Assembly (NCBI GenBank): GCA_049999805.1
Contig: JBNGIO010006162.1
Location: 192,110-247,581 of the forward strand
From: Folioceros fuciformis
Taxonomy: Eukaryota
DNA: 55,472 nt
Reading direction: 5' to 3'
The translations under genes and the position numbers were made by a program. Positions 1-13,100 of the stretch are shown piece after piece; the first letter of the stretch is position 1, and each line of letters begins with the position of its first letter. The notes under the pieces were generated by a model. The model saw only the letters and a program-made list of their open reading frames with translations. It searched no databases and was not told the origin of the DNA.

Positions 1-1333
1 GGAAGTCTAGAGAGAGAGAGTCGGGGCAGAGAGCGAAGGAGAGAGAGAGAGAGAACGGGGGTGGCGGGGGAAGAGAGAGAAGGCGAATGGAGGGAAGGAA
101 GGGAAGGGGAAGGGACGTGAAGTGAAGTGAAGGCGATGGGAAGGGTAGAAGGAAGTGTGTCTTGAAGACAGGGTGGGTGGGCTGCGACAGAGCTCTCTGT
201 GTCTGTGTCTGGAACGCGACGTCGGGAGCCCGCACTTGGCTGTCCCGACTCCCGTCGCCAATGCGCTTTGAAGAAGCAGGTGTTCGTGCAGCCCTGATCG
301 CAACGCTCGCCTGCGCGCGCCTCTAATTGCTGCTGCTCGGAGCGTGAGAGAGAGACGAATTGTTGCAGGCCAGGACGTGCCTGCAGCTGCCATTGAAGAA
401 GCGCCTGGCGGGCAGTAGGGGTCGAGAAAGGGAGCCGGTGGGCAGTGACAGCGGGGAGGAGGAGTCCGGCGGGCAGTAGTAGCAGCCAAGGAAGCAGACA
501 TGGGAGGGAGAGAGCAAGTCTGAGAGGGGGAGAGAACTGTCCGCTTTGAATGCCATTGCCAGCGAGTGAGAGCCTGCAGGCGCGGGAGGAGCAGGAGGTG
601 CAGGAGGTCGCAGGAGCGGTAAATGCAGCGGGGTGGAGCGTGAAGAGCTGTCAGGAGGGAAGGAGGGTGGGTGGTGCTGGATGACGCGGGGGAGGGCTTG
701 AAGTCCATGTCGGAGAAGGCAGACGCAGACGCAGCTGAGGGGAGAGCCATCGCTGCTGCTGGAGCGGAGCGTGAAGGAGGGGAGGCCTGAGGCGGAGGAT
801 TGTACACTGTGCAAGGGGGTCAGGCACGGCAAAGGAAGGCAACATGCTGGTAGTTGCGAGCAGAGGGTGTCAGGGGGAGTCGCAATCGCAATCACAATCG
901 GGGCTGAGCGGGCTGCACGCGCTACTGCTGTGGGAGTGCAGCAGAGGGAGGGGCGCGCCCACGGCCCGGGCTATTCCTCCCGCACTCCGCCATGAATGTT
1001 AGGATGCCAGGACGGCCCGAGGTAGGAGCTTAAAAGGCGGCCATGGAGGGGCCTCCTTCCACCATCGCCTTCTCCTCGCAGTTCTCTCGATCTCTCGCTC
1101 TCGATCGCTCTCTCGCTCGCTGTGCCTGCTCGCCTTCTGCCTGCCAGCAGCAGCTTCTGCTGCTGCAATTGTGAGCTCATTCGGTGGGCGACTGCCATCG
1201 CTGGCCGCTTCCGGTTGTTGGCTTCTGTCTCTCATCTGCTGCTCTCGCTCTGCTACCGCCCTCCTCCATCCTGCTGCTGGTGCTGGTCGACATTTGTTGG
1301 TGCTTTTGTGGGAATCGAATTCGGCTCGACACC

Positions 1334-3773
1334 ATGAATTCCATCCTGATGGCTCTGTTCCAATTTGTGGGCATCCTGTTCGCCCTCTACTATGTGCCTT
1401 CCATCCTCATCCGCCTCAAATGGACCTGGACTCTGTTTGTGCGGCGCTCCCGCCAAATTCCTGGCACCAACTGGTACCTCTGGCTTCCTCTGGTCGGCGA
1501 TGGCCTTCGGTTTTTTCGTGACCCAGAGAAGTTCTGGGACACGCAGCGTGCTCGGTAACCTGTTCTGCCATGCCATGCTCAGCTTGCCGCATCCTGCTGC
1601 TTCTCTTCCGCCTCCGCCCTTCTTCTGTCCATTTGGAATTCTATTCCGTGCCTGAGCTTGATAATGGCATTGGGTTGTGGGCCTGCGAGCTCCTCACCTG
1701 CTCGGCGTGGTGGGCGTGGCATTGCCTCATCAGATTTTTGCTCACGCTACTCTGCTTCAACTGCCTCTTCCTGTTGATGTGCAGGCACGGGAGAACTTTC
1801 CTCACCAACCTGTTTGGGGGGCCTGTCATCATGACCTCTTCGCCGGATGTGGTGAAATTCGTGCTTCAGACACACTACCATCTCTTCTCTCCCAGCTATC
1901 CCACATCTATGGACAGGATTCTCAACGGGACGGCCCCCTGGGAGGGACAATTCCATCTGCAAATGAGGAGGGTCCTGCAGGCGCCGCTGCTCAACGAGTC
2001 GCTCAAGTCCAAGATGGACAGCTTCGACTCCTTGGCTCGCTGGACCATCAACGCCTGGAAGGAAACATCAAGCGCAATCAACGTGCACGAGGAGGCGAGG
2101 AAGGTGATTGCCTATTCTCATCCCATCTCCGTCTCACCCAGGAAGACTCTCACAGATGAACATCTCTCACACGCTCTGCTCCAAATTCCTTGGACCTGAT
2201 TGCAGTATAGCCTCCATGTCGCTCTAGCCGCCACCTGCAGCGTGCAACCCGACGAGACCACCATGACCCTCCTGGACAAGTACACCATCATCGGCGAGGG
2301 CCTCACAAGCCTGCCCTTGAACATCCCGGGCTTCGCGTTCCACAAGGCTATGCAGGTGAGTAGCGCCAACCACCACCCACTTCCATCCCACACCCGTTGT
2401 GCTTCGCTCACCGCCCGCCCCGTCGCGCCCCGTCCCGATGTGCAGGCCAAGACGGAGATCGTGGCCGAAATGCAGAAAATCGTGGACATGCGCAGGCTGT
2501 TGAGGAGAGTTTCTGACATCAGATTCGACGACATCTTGGACTCCTTTCTCACGGAGAACAATCGAGAGCGCGGAAAACGCTTCTCCGACACCGAGATGCG
2601 AATCAGCTTGTTCATTGTCCTGATTGCCGGCCACGAATCAACTGCCACCCTTCTCGCCTGGGTCGTGAAATTCCTGACCGAGAACCCGGACATCCTGAAG
2701 CAAGTCAAGGTGCTTTCCTTTCTCTGAACTAACCAACAAAACGTGCCTCCTCTGCAACGGCATTCGAAAAAGTGCAGTGGAGTCTGCTTCGTTTTTCTTT
2801 TACCACTACAGTGATTCTCCTTTCTTAATTCTTCTTCTGTTACAAGTGCTTGACACTGTGATATTTCTGTCCCTTTCCTTTGGAGTCCAGGAGGAGCAGG
2901 ATGCTATCAGGTTCAGCAAGCGCTCGGCGGAGACACCTCTCACATGGGCAGACACCAAGCGGATGCCACTGTCATATCGGGTAATCACATTCTCACATCA
3001 CACCATCAATCTACCTACCTACCTCAGGGGGAAAAATCCTGTTCTCCTCCTTTCAGCATCTTATATTCCTTCCTCGCTAACTCAACCCTTCCATCCATCC
3101 TTCCTAACTCCCTCCCTCCCTCCTTCCTGCAACGCACACAGGTGATCCAGGAAAGCCTCCGTCTCGGCAACCCAGTGCCTCTAACCCCAAGAGTCGCCCT
3201 CCACGACATCGAGTTCAACGGTAAGCAAATCTACACCTGCATGCATGAACAACCGAGATTGCCCACGCAATGCAGCCTCCCTGATCTGTGGCCGTCGTGC
3301 AGGAACCGTGTTCCCCAAAAACTGGCAGATCTTCTGCAACTACAGGAACGTGCACATGGATCCCGAGGTGTACCCTAACCCCACCAAGTTCGACCCGGAC
3401 CGCTTCCTGCAGCCTCCCAGGCCCTTCACATTCATGCCGTTCGGGGGAGGCTCTCGCTACTGTCTCGGCAGCGAGCTGGTGAAAGTTGAAGCTCTGATCT
3501 TCCTGCACTACATGGTCACCACGTACAGGTAAAGCCCGCCGCCACTCCCACAGCCTCGCTCGGGTCTGCAAGCCATGTCGATCCGTGTCAGCAGTCTCTG
3601 ATTTCCGTCTCCTTTGGTGCAGCTGGGAGCGATATGGTCCCGCCCGTGGAGTGCAATTTTGGCCATCTCCTCGTCCCGAAGGAGGATACCCTATTCTTGT
3701 GCGCCGTTATGCCGGGATGTCCTGCGAGCCGCCGACTCACTCTCCGACGGGCCAGGCCCTGAACTATCCTTGA
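1334..3773 (+). CDS. Cytochrome P450, CYP85 clan (related to CYP707/88/90/716 types; family not resolvable), 8 exons
   Basis: Exons 1334-1554, 1785-2103, 2206-2355, 2446-2709, 2891-2980, 3142-3220, 3303-3528 and 3623-3773 are joined by GT-AG introns. The protein has an N-terminal hydrophobic anchor, I-helix AGHESTA, K-helix ESLR, PDRF and the heme motif FGGGSRYCLG. Confidence 0.95.
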
Positions 3774-4779
3774 TCGACCTGCTGCCTCGGATCCGGCGCC
3801 TTCTAACCACTACTGACTGCAGATGAACCGTAGGAGCGGGTGAAGGAACCGGGGCTACTCACGTTCCCACTGTTTTGGACCTATTATCACCCTAGAGACA
3901 TTATTTTTGATCTTCACCAAGGCTCAACGCCAACCCAAGCCACTTTGAGTGTAAAGGTCTCTCGGCCGAAAATTATGCAGCTGGTTGGTCATCTACTTAG
4001 CTTGCAGCTCCAGCGTATTGGTATAATGAAAGCCTATATGGCTGATCCTTTCAAAGTTGGTTACCTCATCAAATACTACAACAAGAAGAAGCTCCTTGCA
4101 TGGAGATGTCTTCAAGAGAAGCTCCTTCTATGGAGATCTCTTCAAAGCATGCTTGGGTGGTTACTTAGAATACATACACTATTGTTGTCATCAAAAACAT
4201 GATCATCAAGATTTAAATTCCTTGATGAACATGTTATACTTATAGCTTAGTGTACCCCACTGCAAGGAATATGAATAAAGAAGGCTTGTTTTTACTTCCT
4301 TTGTCATGAAGTTGTTACTTGAAAGCTTCTTAGAGTTCTCTTGGATGAAAAGCTTGTCTTGAAGTGTTTGCAAGGATACCTTGTAATGAAAGTAGTGTAG
4401 ACAAAGCCTTGCATGTCTATCATTTTATTTTCCAATGGGCAACTTAAAATGTTATCTTTGATGCAATTAGTCTACAGGAGCTCCATATTTTCATTCCTTC
4501 CATTACGAGGCTCAAAGGAGCTCTTTGAATCAATGCCTAGCTAGTCTCAACAAGCATGATAAATCACACAAAGAATACCATTTGATGCCTAAGGTTTTCA
4601 AGCTTGAAAACATCAAGGATATAATACAACGGTTGCTGTTATTGATGGTGACACGAAAGGATCCAAAGGGCATAACTGAAGATTGAGGTATGTTCGTAGA
4701 GGCAGACACATTGGGCATAGTTGAAGATTGAGGTATGCTTGCAGAGGTAGGAGATGACGCACCTTGTCGTGGAGGTAGG

Positions 4780-5300
4780 TAAAAATTGTTTACAAACTGG
4801 GTGTTGAGAGGTGATCAATGTTAAGATGCAAAGGTAAGCAAAGACAAGATAATTTGTTTGCAAGTTGCATGTCGAGAGGTCATTAATATTAACACGCATA
4901 GGTAAGCGAAGACATAATAATTTGATTGAAAGTTGCACATTGACAGATGACTAATGTTAATGCACAAAAGTAAGCGAAGATATCATAATTGTTCACAAGC
5001 TGCGTGTTGAGATCTAGAGGTGACTAATATTAACATGCAAAGTTAAGGAAAGATGTAATAACTTTTTGCAAGGTGTTGAGATCTAGAGGTGACTAATACT
5101 AACATGCAAAGTTAAGGAAAGATTTAATAACTTTTTGCAAGGTGTTGAGATCTAGAGGTGACTAATATTAACATGCAAAGGTAAACAAAGATGTAATAAC
5201 TTTTTGTAAGGTGTTGAGATCTAGAGGTGACTAATATTAACATGCAAAGGTAAGCAAAGATGTAATAACTTTTTGCAAGGTGTTGAGAGGTGACTAATGT
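4780..5300. repeat. Tandem minisatellite, 69-bp unit, with more degenerate upstream copies
   Basis: GATCTAGAGGTGACTAAT recurs at 5011, 5080, 5149 and 5218 (period 69). Related, more diverged units occur from ~4780 and at ~5281. Confidence 0.9.
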
Positions 5301-6278
5301 TAAGAGCCATGCATGGGTAGTTTGGGCCCTACTACAAGCTAAGTATTGCATGCAAGAGCTACGTATGTGCCAATAAGCAAGCGATCTTGACCAACAAACA
5401 TCCAACATCACAACAAATGCTAAGTAAGATTCACCCTAGCATTATACAATAACACACAACAAGTTTAAAAGTCATTTGTGTGCTTTTTTGGGTCATGTAA
5501 GGGACCTACCTAAAGCTAGTGTTATAGAACATTTGTCTCCCTAGGCTTTCCCTATCCATTTCCACTAAAAAAGAGTTGAGAACAACAATGCGAGCGCCTA
5601 GCATTCTCTTGTTAGTTTAATTTTTTGTTTTGCTTGTCAATCTTGAATTATAAATTGCAAAATCTTGATCGCCTCAATGCACTTGTATGAAAAACTTGAG
5701 CTACATGTACAATATGTTCTTAAAGGCAAGTTGTAACCAGTACATGGTGCTCTTTTCACCTCGTTCTCAAAAAGCATGAGCCATTCCTTTAGATTCACCA
5801 TAATCAAATCTAGATTTACTATGCCATGTCTAAGTTATATAGGTATAGTTATTTTGTTCTAATCCAATACGAGGAAAGATATGATCGGCTGCCTTCTTTT
5901 GAGACACCTTCTTTACTTTTAGGTTTGCAAATGAAGGACAAAGGGCCCAACAATATCACATTTAGTACTTCGAGCAAATGCAGCTCAAAATATCACATTT
6001 CACATCTATATGCATGATAGAGAGCTCTCTACATAATGTTGAAGTTATACATTTAAAGGAGTTCTAGGAAGTTATGGGACCAAGACCAAGGTTAAGAACA
6101 ACCCATGATGTGGCCGTCACCCTTCTACAAAGTCTTCATGTTATAGAATGATCAACTTAAGCAATACCCATGCACAAAGAAGCTTAATAAGGTTGATATC
6201 ACAAGGGGTTGAATATACACCAAGAGGGTGTTAGGGTCAACATATGCCTACAACAGTTTGCATGAACTCTAAATTCAC

Positions 6279-6385
6279 AGTTTTGTTATTTGCTTGGGAT
6301 TAAGTGCAAGCTTATGCAGCTCTTAGTGCAAGTTTTGTTATTTGCTTGGGATTAAGTGCAAGCTCATGCAGCTCTTAGTGCAAGC
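6279..6385. repeat. Tandem duplication, ~53 bp x2
   Basis: AGTTTTGTTATTTGCTTGGGATTAAGTGCAAGCT(T/C)ATGCAGCTCTTAGTGCA occurs twice in tandem. Confidence 0.85.
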
Positions 6386-7154
6386 TCACGCTACCTATTT
6401 TCCATGAACACTTGTTGAATGAGAGTTTTGTATTACAAGTAGTTGTAGGACAAGCCTTGCACTTCTTGTAGGATCTTTGCAATTACATGTGTTAATGATC
6501 TAAATGCATTATAGAGGAAGGATAAAAACATTGTACATGGGTTCAGATCTATACCCAACTACAATGCATTCACCTTTCCTCTCTAATGTGGCCCTTCCAA
6601 AGAGTGGCATCTTGTAAAGGTAGTCTAAAAAGGAAGATGGTCTTAAGGATTTTTCAATATATTTTCTTTACCCTTTTTTTTTTGTATGTTGTAAATTAGA
6701 CAACCCCTCTTCCATTAAGAACGCAGGTTGTTGAGTTGAGGACGACTTACAGTAACTCACATACAGAAACTACTACATCGCACATAGCATTTCTATACAA
6801 CCCGTGGCAGGATCACTTAATTTCCCATTAATGAAGCTCTCCTAACTTGTAGGATAGTGGGACGAAGAAAGGTGCACACAGCTGGAAAAATTCAGATACA
6901 CTGATAGCGAACTGTGTTATTGCATGTCTCAGTCTTCTATAAAAGTACCAACGTGAAAGGAAGAAAAATGAGAAGGTTTACAAAAAGAAAAAATCACAAA
7001 AATTGAATGACATGGGCTTGCTCCCAAGTGGACTAACTACTCCTGCTGTGCCAAAACCCATGGCTCGGTCTATGCAATGGTACAAAGACAGGCTAGAACA
7101 GGCAACTAGCCATATGGTACATAAAACAAGGAACCTACCTACTCCACTGCTTCC

Positions 7155-10100
7155 TCATTTACCGGACACAGGGAGAAAAGAAGCGAACAGGCCGCGAATG
7201 TGAGGATCTGCCATGAACGACGTCTCCCACAGACCCAGCCCCGAATTCCTTGCAAGTTCAATGACAGTGACCTGCAAGCCCCAAGGATGAGGTCTCCGGG
7301 CTACGTACCGCTCAATCAGCACACGAGCAATCTGTTCTCTCCATGTCTCGTCCTTGAACTTGGCAAACAAATACAGCAGCACACATGAAAAGTAGTGCGT
7401 GTGGCTGTTTGGGTAACGCAACTGATCCGCCAGAGCACTGCAAAACAAATGCCGGCCTTCCCTGTCCAGTTCCACCATCAACGAGTGGAAGATGGCCATG
7501 GGGGCATTCCTGCCAATCTGTTTCGCTTGTGAATCCTGAGTTGGTGACTGCAGAATCTTAATCGCCTCAATGCCCACATGCAGAACCAGGGCGCGTAACA
7601 AGGGTACGTTGTACTGAGTACCTGCCTTCCTCACCTCATCCTCGGAGAGCATTAGCCGTTGCTTCAAATTCAGGGTGGAAGAAACAGACTCAGGATGCCA
7701 TGTCCTGAGGTACTGGTCCACTTCCGATTTCAGGTCATCATCTCCTAGCCCAACATCAGACAAGATGCGAGGGGCCACCTTCATATCTGGCAGCATATCC
7801 ACTTTGAGATTCGCAGACAACGGGTCGGGCAATGTGATACTCCGAGGAAATGCACTCAATATCAAGTTCCGCATCTGTATGCAAGTTGGAGGGATCTCCC
7901 CACAAAGACTGAAGTAATACGCACAGAGAAACTCAGGGAAGTCATGGACCAGGACCAGAAGCACCCTCAGTGTGCCCTTGTATAAGGCCCGCATAGACTC
8001 AGGCAAGACAGCAACCCTCAAGGAAGGTTCCATGAAACGGAGATGGACCACGAGCAACCTGTGAAATAATGCCCACCCTGACTCGGCACTGCTTAATAGC
8101 AACCTCGGCATAAACTTGCGATGGCTCACCAACTCCCACCATGCAAAGGTCCAGGAAGGTAGCCTCGACGGCTGGAGAGCCAAAAATGCATTTGCAAACG
8201 TGGAAAGAATCAGCCCCTTCGCGGTGTCCCACTCTGTCCCACTGAAATCTATAAGCCACGTCACAAACAACCGGAAATATAGCCGAGGGTGAAAATTGTG
8301 CGTCTTCTCATCCGCATTTTTCTGAATGACATGAACAGTTACCCTCAGGATCTTCTTCACGAGATTCACCCCAGCCATTTTTGGCTCTCCTGCATCCCGC
8401 TTAACCAACAGCACCACCAACTTGGCAAAGGTGTCAATAGCTGCAAATGACAGACCCTCCTCAGTCTGGAATAAGCTCACAGGTGGAGCATCTGAATTCA
8501 GGCTATGAGTCACAGCAAGCTCCAACAAATTTTGGAAAAACAGATCGAAGGTGTCATCTATATCCAGAAATCCAGAACGTTGCAGTTGAGACATGTACTC
8601 CATGCAAATCTTATCGCTGGGTACCGCAGCAGTCTCACAAATGACCATCCACTTCTGAAAAAACCGGGCAGCCTGGTCTCGAAGGCTTGCCTGCTCACGG
8701 AGGCTAGCACCATCAAGAACCACGTTGTCACCACTTGCAAGCAGGGCTCCACCTTCTTTCTGCTGCTCTGTACCAGGGTACAACATAAGCTTCTGTGCCA
8801 AGTTTCCTTCCCTCCCAGCGACCCCTCCTACCACAGCTCCGGATGGAACATTTTTGCCCTCCTTCAAAATGTCCCGCAGCACCTTAGGGGAGCCAGGGCG
8901 TTGTGCATAACGTTGTAGAGCATCATTCACATGCATGAAGTCCGTAGAATTAACACCACCCTTTTCAGTGTCTAGGTGCCGGAACATAAGGACTGCAAAC
9001 TTGACAAAAGCCGTATTCCGCCCACTCTCTATTAGCTTTGCCAAATACTGATCATAAGCAGGCACATACATGAGCTTGGCTCGGATGAGATCCGCGACAA
9101 TTTTGGAGTTCAACTTCTTGTCCTGATCTGATGGGTAAATCATCCACTTTGTTATCTCCTTCACCAGGCCACTAGACACATCCCGTAGAGACTCCAGTAC
9201 AGACACATATACTGAGTAGTGCAGGTGACTTGATGGCTCCTCAAAAATTCGCCTCAACACCTCCTTTAGCACAGCTATAGCTGCTTCATCTCTCCTGACA
9301 CAGCGACTGACAACCTCTGCAATTCTTGCTGGAAACATCCACACATCATGGTCAGGGGGAAATGTAAGCACGCCAAACGCATTTGCTTTTGGCACGGCTG
9401 TTTCCAGGTCACGCAGATGAGCCTCGCACTGCTCCAGTGCCTCTGCTGTTGAGAAGTTTGAGACGTTCATTGCCAGACTATCATCCAATCCCGAAGATGG
9501 CAGGGATGTCACAGGACTGACTGGATTCCCATTCGATTCAGATGTTAGATCCAGCAAAGTGGCCCCATCCTCATTGTGACTTGGTTTTTTATCCTGCAAT
9601 TGAATCGCCTCATCAAATAGAGCATTTGACACAAAACCCATTGGCAGACGTGCAGAGGGATCCAGCTCTTCATCAGGCATCTCTGGGAGATGCACACCAG
9701 AAATAGGCTCTGCAGGAAAAGAGTAGCCTCCTGGTTCTGGGAACGGCCCAGGGGCAGTAGCAACCTTTGCAGCCATCACATTCTTCTGAGGAAGAAGAAG
9801 GGCATATCCCTCATAAGCTTGTTGCCAAGAGTTTGAAGACCTCACAGTAGTTGGCTGCTGCACATCATGACTCTGCCGAGAGAATCTTGATCCTTCAAAA
9901 CCGGAGCCCTCGAAAGGGGACCCTGCCTGCCTCCTTGCAGCCTCTGTTTCTGCTAGCTTCTTCATCCTTGCCAAAGCAAACCTTATAGTGGCGTCTTCTA
10001 CAGCCCCAAATCCAAGACTCAGATTATCGGTAGTGACAAGCTCGACAGCTTGTCCTAATATTTCGCCTTGTATATTCAAACCTTTGGACAGCATCAATGC

Positions 10101-13100
10101 AATGTTATTGTACATGGCATTCCGAAATAAGTCCTTGCAAAGCCCTGCTAGACGGCTTGACAGACCTGCAACCATGATGTATGCAGCTTCCTGTGCAGAA
10201 CTAGGATCTTCTCCTGCATAATCTTTCGCCACAAGAACCGTTGTCGTCTTGCAAGCAAGGACCAGATAGTGCTCCAAAATATACTGCAATGTTTCCTGAA
10301 TGGCTTTCTCCATGCCTTTCTGGACTAGAACTCGAAACTTCTCTCCACAAGATAACAGCCTCTGATTCATTATCACACTGGGCGGCACCGACATAGTACT
10401 AGGAACAATGGAGCTAGGTGGCTGATAAGAGACACCAAGATCAACACCTAGTTGTCCTGACCTTCGCATTCCATGGGCTGAGCCTGAATCTTCATAAGAA
10501 GGCGCCACAGGCGTCACATGAGGTACAGAAATCCACGACTTGCCGATTGTCACACCTGAGGATGACACATCAGGGGGCGGCTCAACCTGTACACTAGCTG
10601 ATTTCTCTTCCTTCACAACTACCTGCTGGGAGACTACAGTGCTTCTCCATCTAAAATCAACATTGCCTTCTACTAAATGCGTCCGACCCACAAGCAGTTC
10701 TGATGGCCTTACAGTCTGCAATTCCACATTGATGTTTTTAAAGAGGATCTCAATCTCAAACTGCAGGTTCTTTTGCAAGTTTTCCTGGACATAAATCTCA
10801 GCAAGTAGACCAAGGATGGCTGTTGTCCAAGGATTAGGAGGCCGGTAGACATGGGAGTTCTGACATGCCTCCAAGATCTTGCACGTGAAAGGAAGCACAG
10901 CAAACATAAGTCCCTTTTCGTATGCCTCTATGAGCAAGCCCTTCGGATCCAGGTCTCGAGCTCTCAACACTTGATTTCTCCCTATGGTGAGCTTGCCCAG
11001 CCAGGCACCAAGATGCTTCAAAAGAGATCTTTCTCCCGCACTACTCCTGAGAAGCGGAGAATTTAAAAGAACTTTGCAATTCTCGTAAGTAGCTTGGATA
11101 ACTTCATTTAGCAGACTCTTCGTACTGATAGCATCCAGGAATTTGAGATACAGATCATGGAAATTGGGCTCAATACTAGCCCTCTCAACAACCAAGTACT
11201 GAGCAAACCAGACGAGATACTGATCCTGCAAGACAGCTTTAATCTCCTTTGCTTTAAGCTCAAGATTTCCAGTCGAAATGTTGTTAACTATAAACGTAAG
11301 CTTACTCCGAACCTCAGAATCAGGTGTTGGGATTGATGACTTGCTCCTGGCTGCTAGGAGAGTGTTGATAGGAAGGGCATGGCCCATGGAGTCAGAGGTC
11401 TGATCCGCTTCCACAACTGATTGGGCTGAGGCCCCATTACTCGCCATTCCCCATCCAAGCTGCCGCCCTTGTGGACTTCCACGAGTATCCTGCTGAGATA
11501 TATCATCCAACCTCTCCGATGGCAGCTGACCTCCAGATTGGGATAATGGCGGCAGCTGCTGCTGTGATAGAGATATCTGCTTCACCTGCTTCGGCACCAC
11601 TAGAGTATCACTTGCCAGCGTTGCAGAAGGCACATTCTTTACAAGTTCAAGACCTGGAAGACTTGTCATATTTGGGTTCAAGGGAGGGACTGTGATTCCG
11701 GCTATGGATGCTCCTTCTTCTAACAGCGGTGCCAACTCTCCGTAAGCCTCCCTTGGGTACCCTAGCTGCAGAATTGCCTTGCAGAACCCAGGAAAAGACA
11801 TCAGCCGTTCTTTGCATTGTTCCAGCGCAACCAAGCCAAAGCTGAACAGTTTGGAGTGCATAGGATTTCCCAGTGCGGCTTGAATATATCTGACCCCAAG
11901 CTCTGTAGCTTTAGGAGAAACCTGAATGAGTGACCCAAAGGCACGTGCTATGGCATGCCGCTCCTTCTCCTGTAACTCTGGAAATCGCATAAACTGGTTA
12001 CAGAGGGTCCTGAGCATCACATCAGGCTGCTCATTCAGGCTACGAAGTGCACCCTTGAAGGCTTCTGTCCCGGAGCCTGTCAAAGCCAGCCACCACTCCG
12101 ATAAGTTTGTAACAGGCAGACAACGACCAAGAGTTTGCGAGGACAAACTGCAAATCAGGGAATCAGGTCAACTCAAGTCACAGAGATGTGGAGGAGCAAT
12201 ATACCTTCCAAAACAACTTTGAAAAACACCGCCTGCACGGGCAGAGGCAGAGGACCTGACACCGGTGACGACCTCCCTGGCTCACTCTCTGCTGCTTTGC
12301 TTTGCAAGAACATCACACAAGCCCGCAACATAACATCCTTTTGAAAACCAAGGTGCTTCTCAAGCCACCTCTCCAGATCGGCTAAGCTTTCCTTCCAATG
12401 CATGACAGCAACATCAATGGAGAAAGAAAATGGAGCTGCATCTAAAACGTGCTGAAGTTCCTCCAATTTCAAACATTGCTCTACAGATTTAAGAGCGGTG
12501 TTTGGATCCCTGGCATGCACGCTAATCAGAGTACGAGTCACAATGTCAGAATTGGCACGCCACAGCTGGCGCACATTGGACCTGTTGCTGTCCACATTCT
12601 CTCCAAGAATAAGCTGGGGCACGAGCATCGTTGACAAATCCGTGCGCACAACATTCCACTCGGTTTTTATGGCCGCCACCTTCATCATCAACAGCCCGGG
12701 ATTCCAGTTCACGAGGTTCTTCAGTACTGGACGCAAAGAGCCAGCATGGCCCATCTCTGCCAACTGGCAAAGCACCGCTGACATGTCCAGCGAGTTCCAC
12801 TGTTGAGCATCATAGGGAGACTTGCAGTCACGCCAACCCTTCTCATCTGACTGTTTATCTGGCGTGAGCGGATACGGAATCCCATCGGAAGAACCTGCCA
12901 ACGCATACTTGAGAAACGAGAGCTGGGCGTCGTGGTTCTTCCACACCCGTCCCACCACCCGGTGAATGGGAAAATTATCCTGTGACACCTCCTTGAAGAA
13001 GGAGAGGAGTGCATCAAACGCCTTCTGATCAGGCACAACGAACCCCTCGTGGTCCAACTGCTCCATCACCGCAACCCAGTCCAAATTGAGATGACACCCT

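Noticed and set aside
7-1337. Long ORFs (266 aa, 190 aa and others) in the first 1.3 kb
   Set aside because: GA/GC-rich low-complexity sequence gives stop-poor frames with Pro/Ser/Ala/Leu-biased translations and no recognisable domain.
4780-5300. Regular repeats as a CRISPR-like array
   Set aside because: The units are contiguous tandem copies without unique spacers, in a eukaryotic context with no cas genes.
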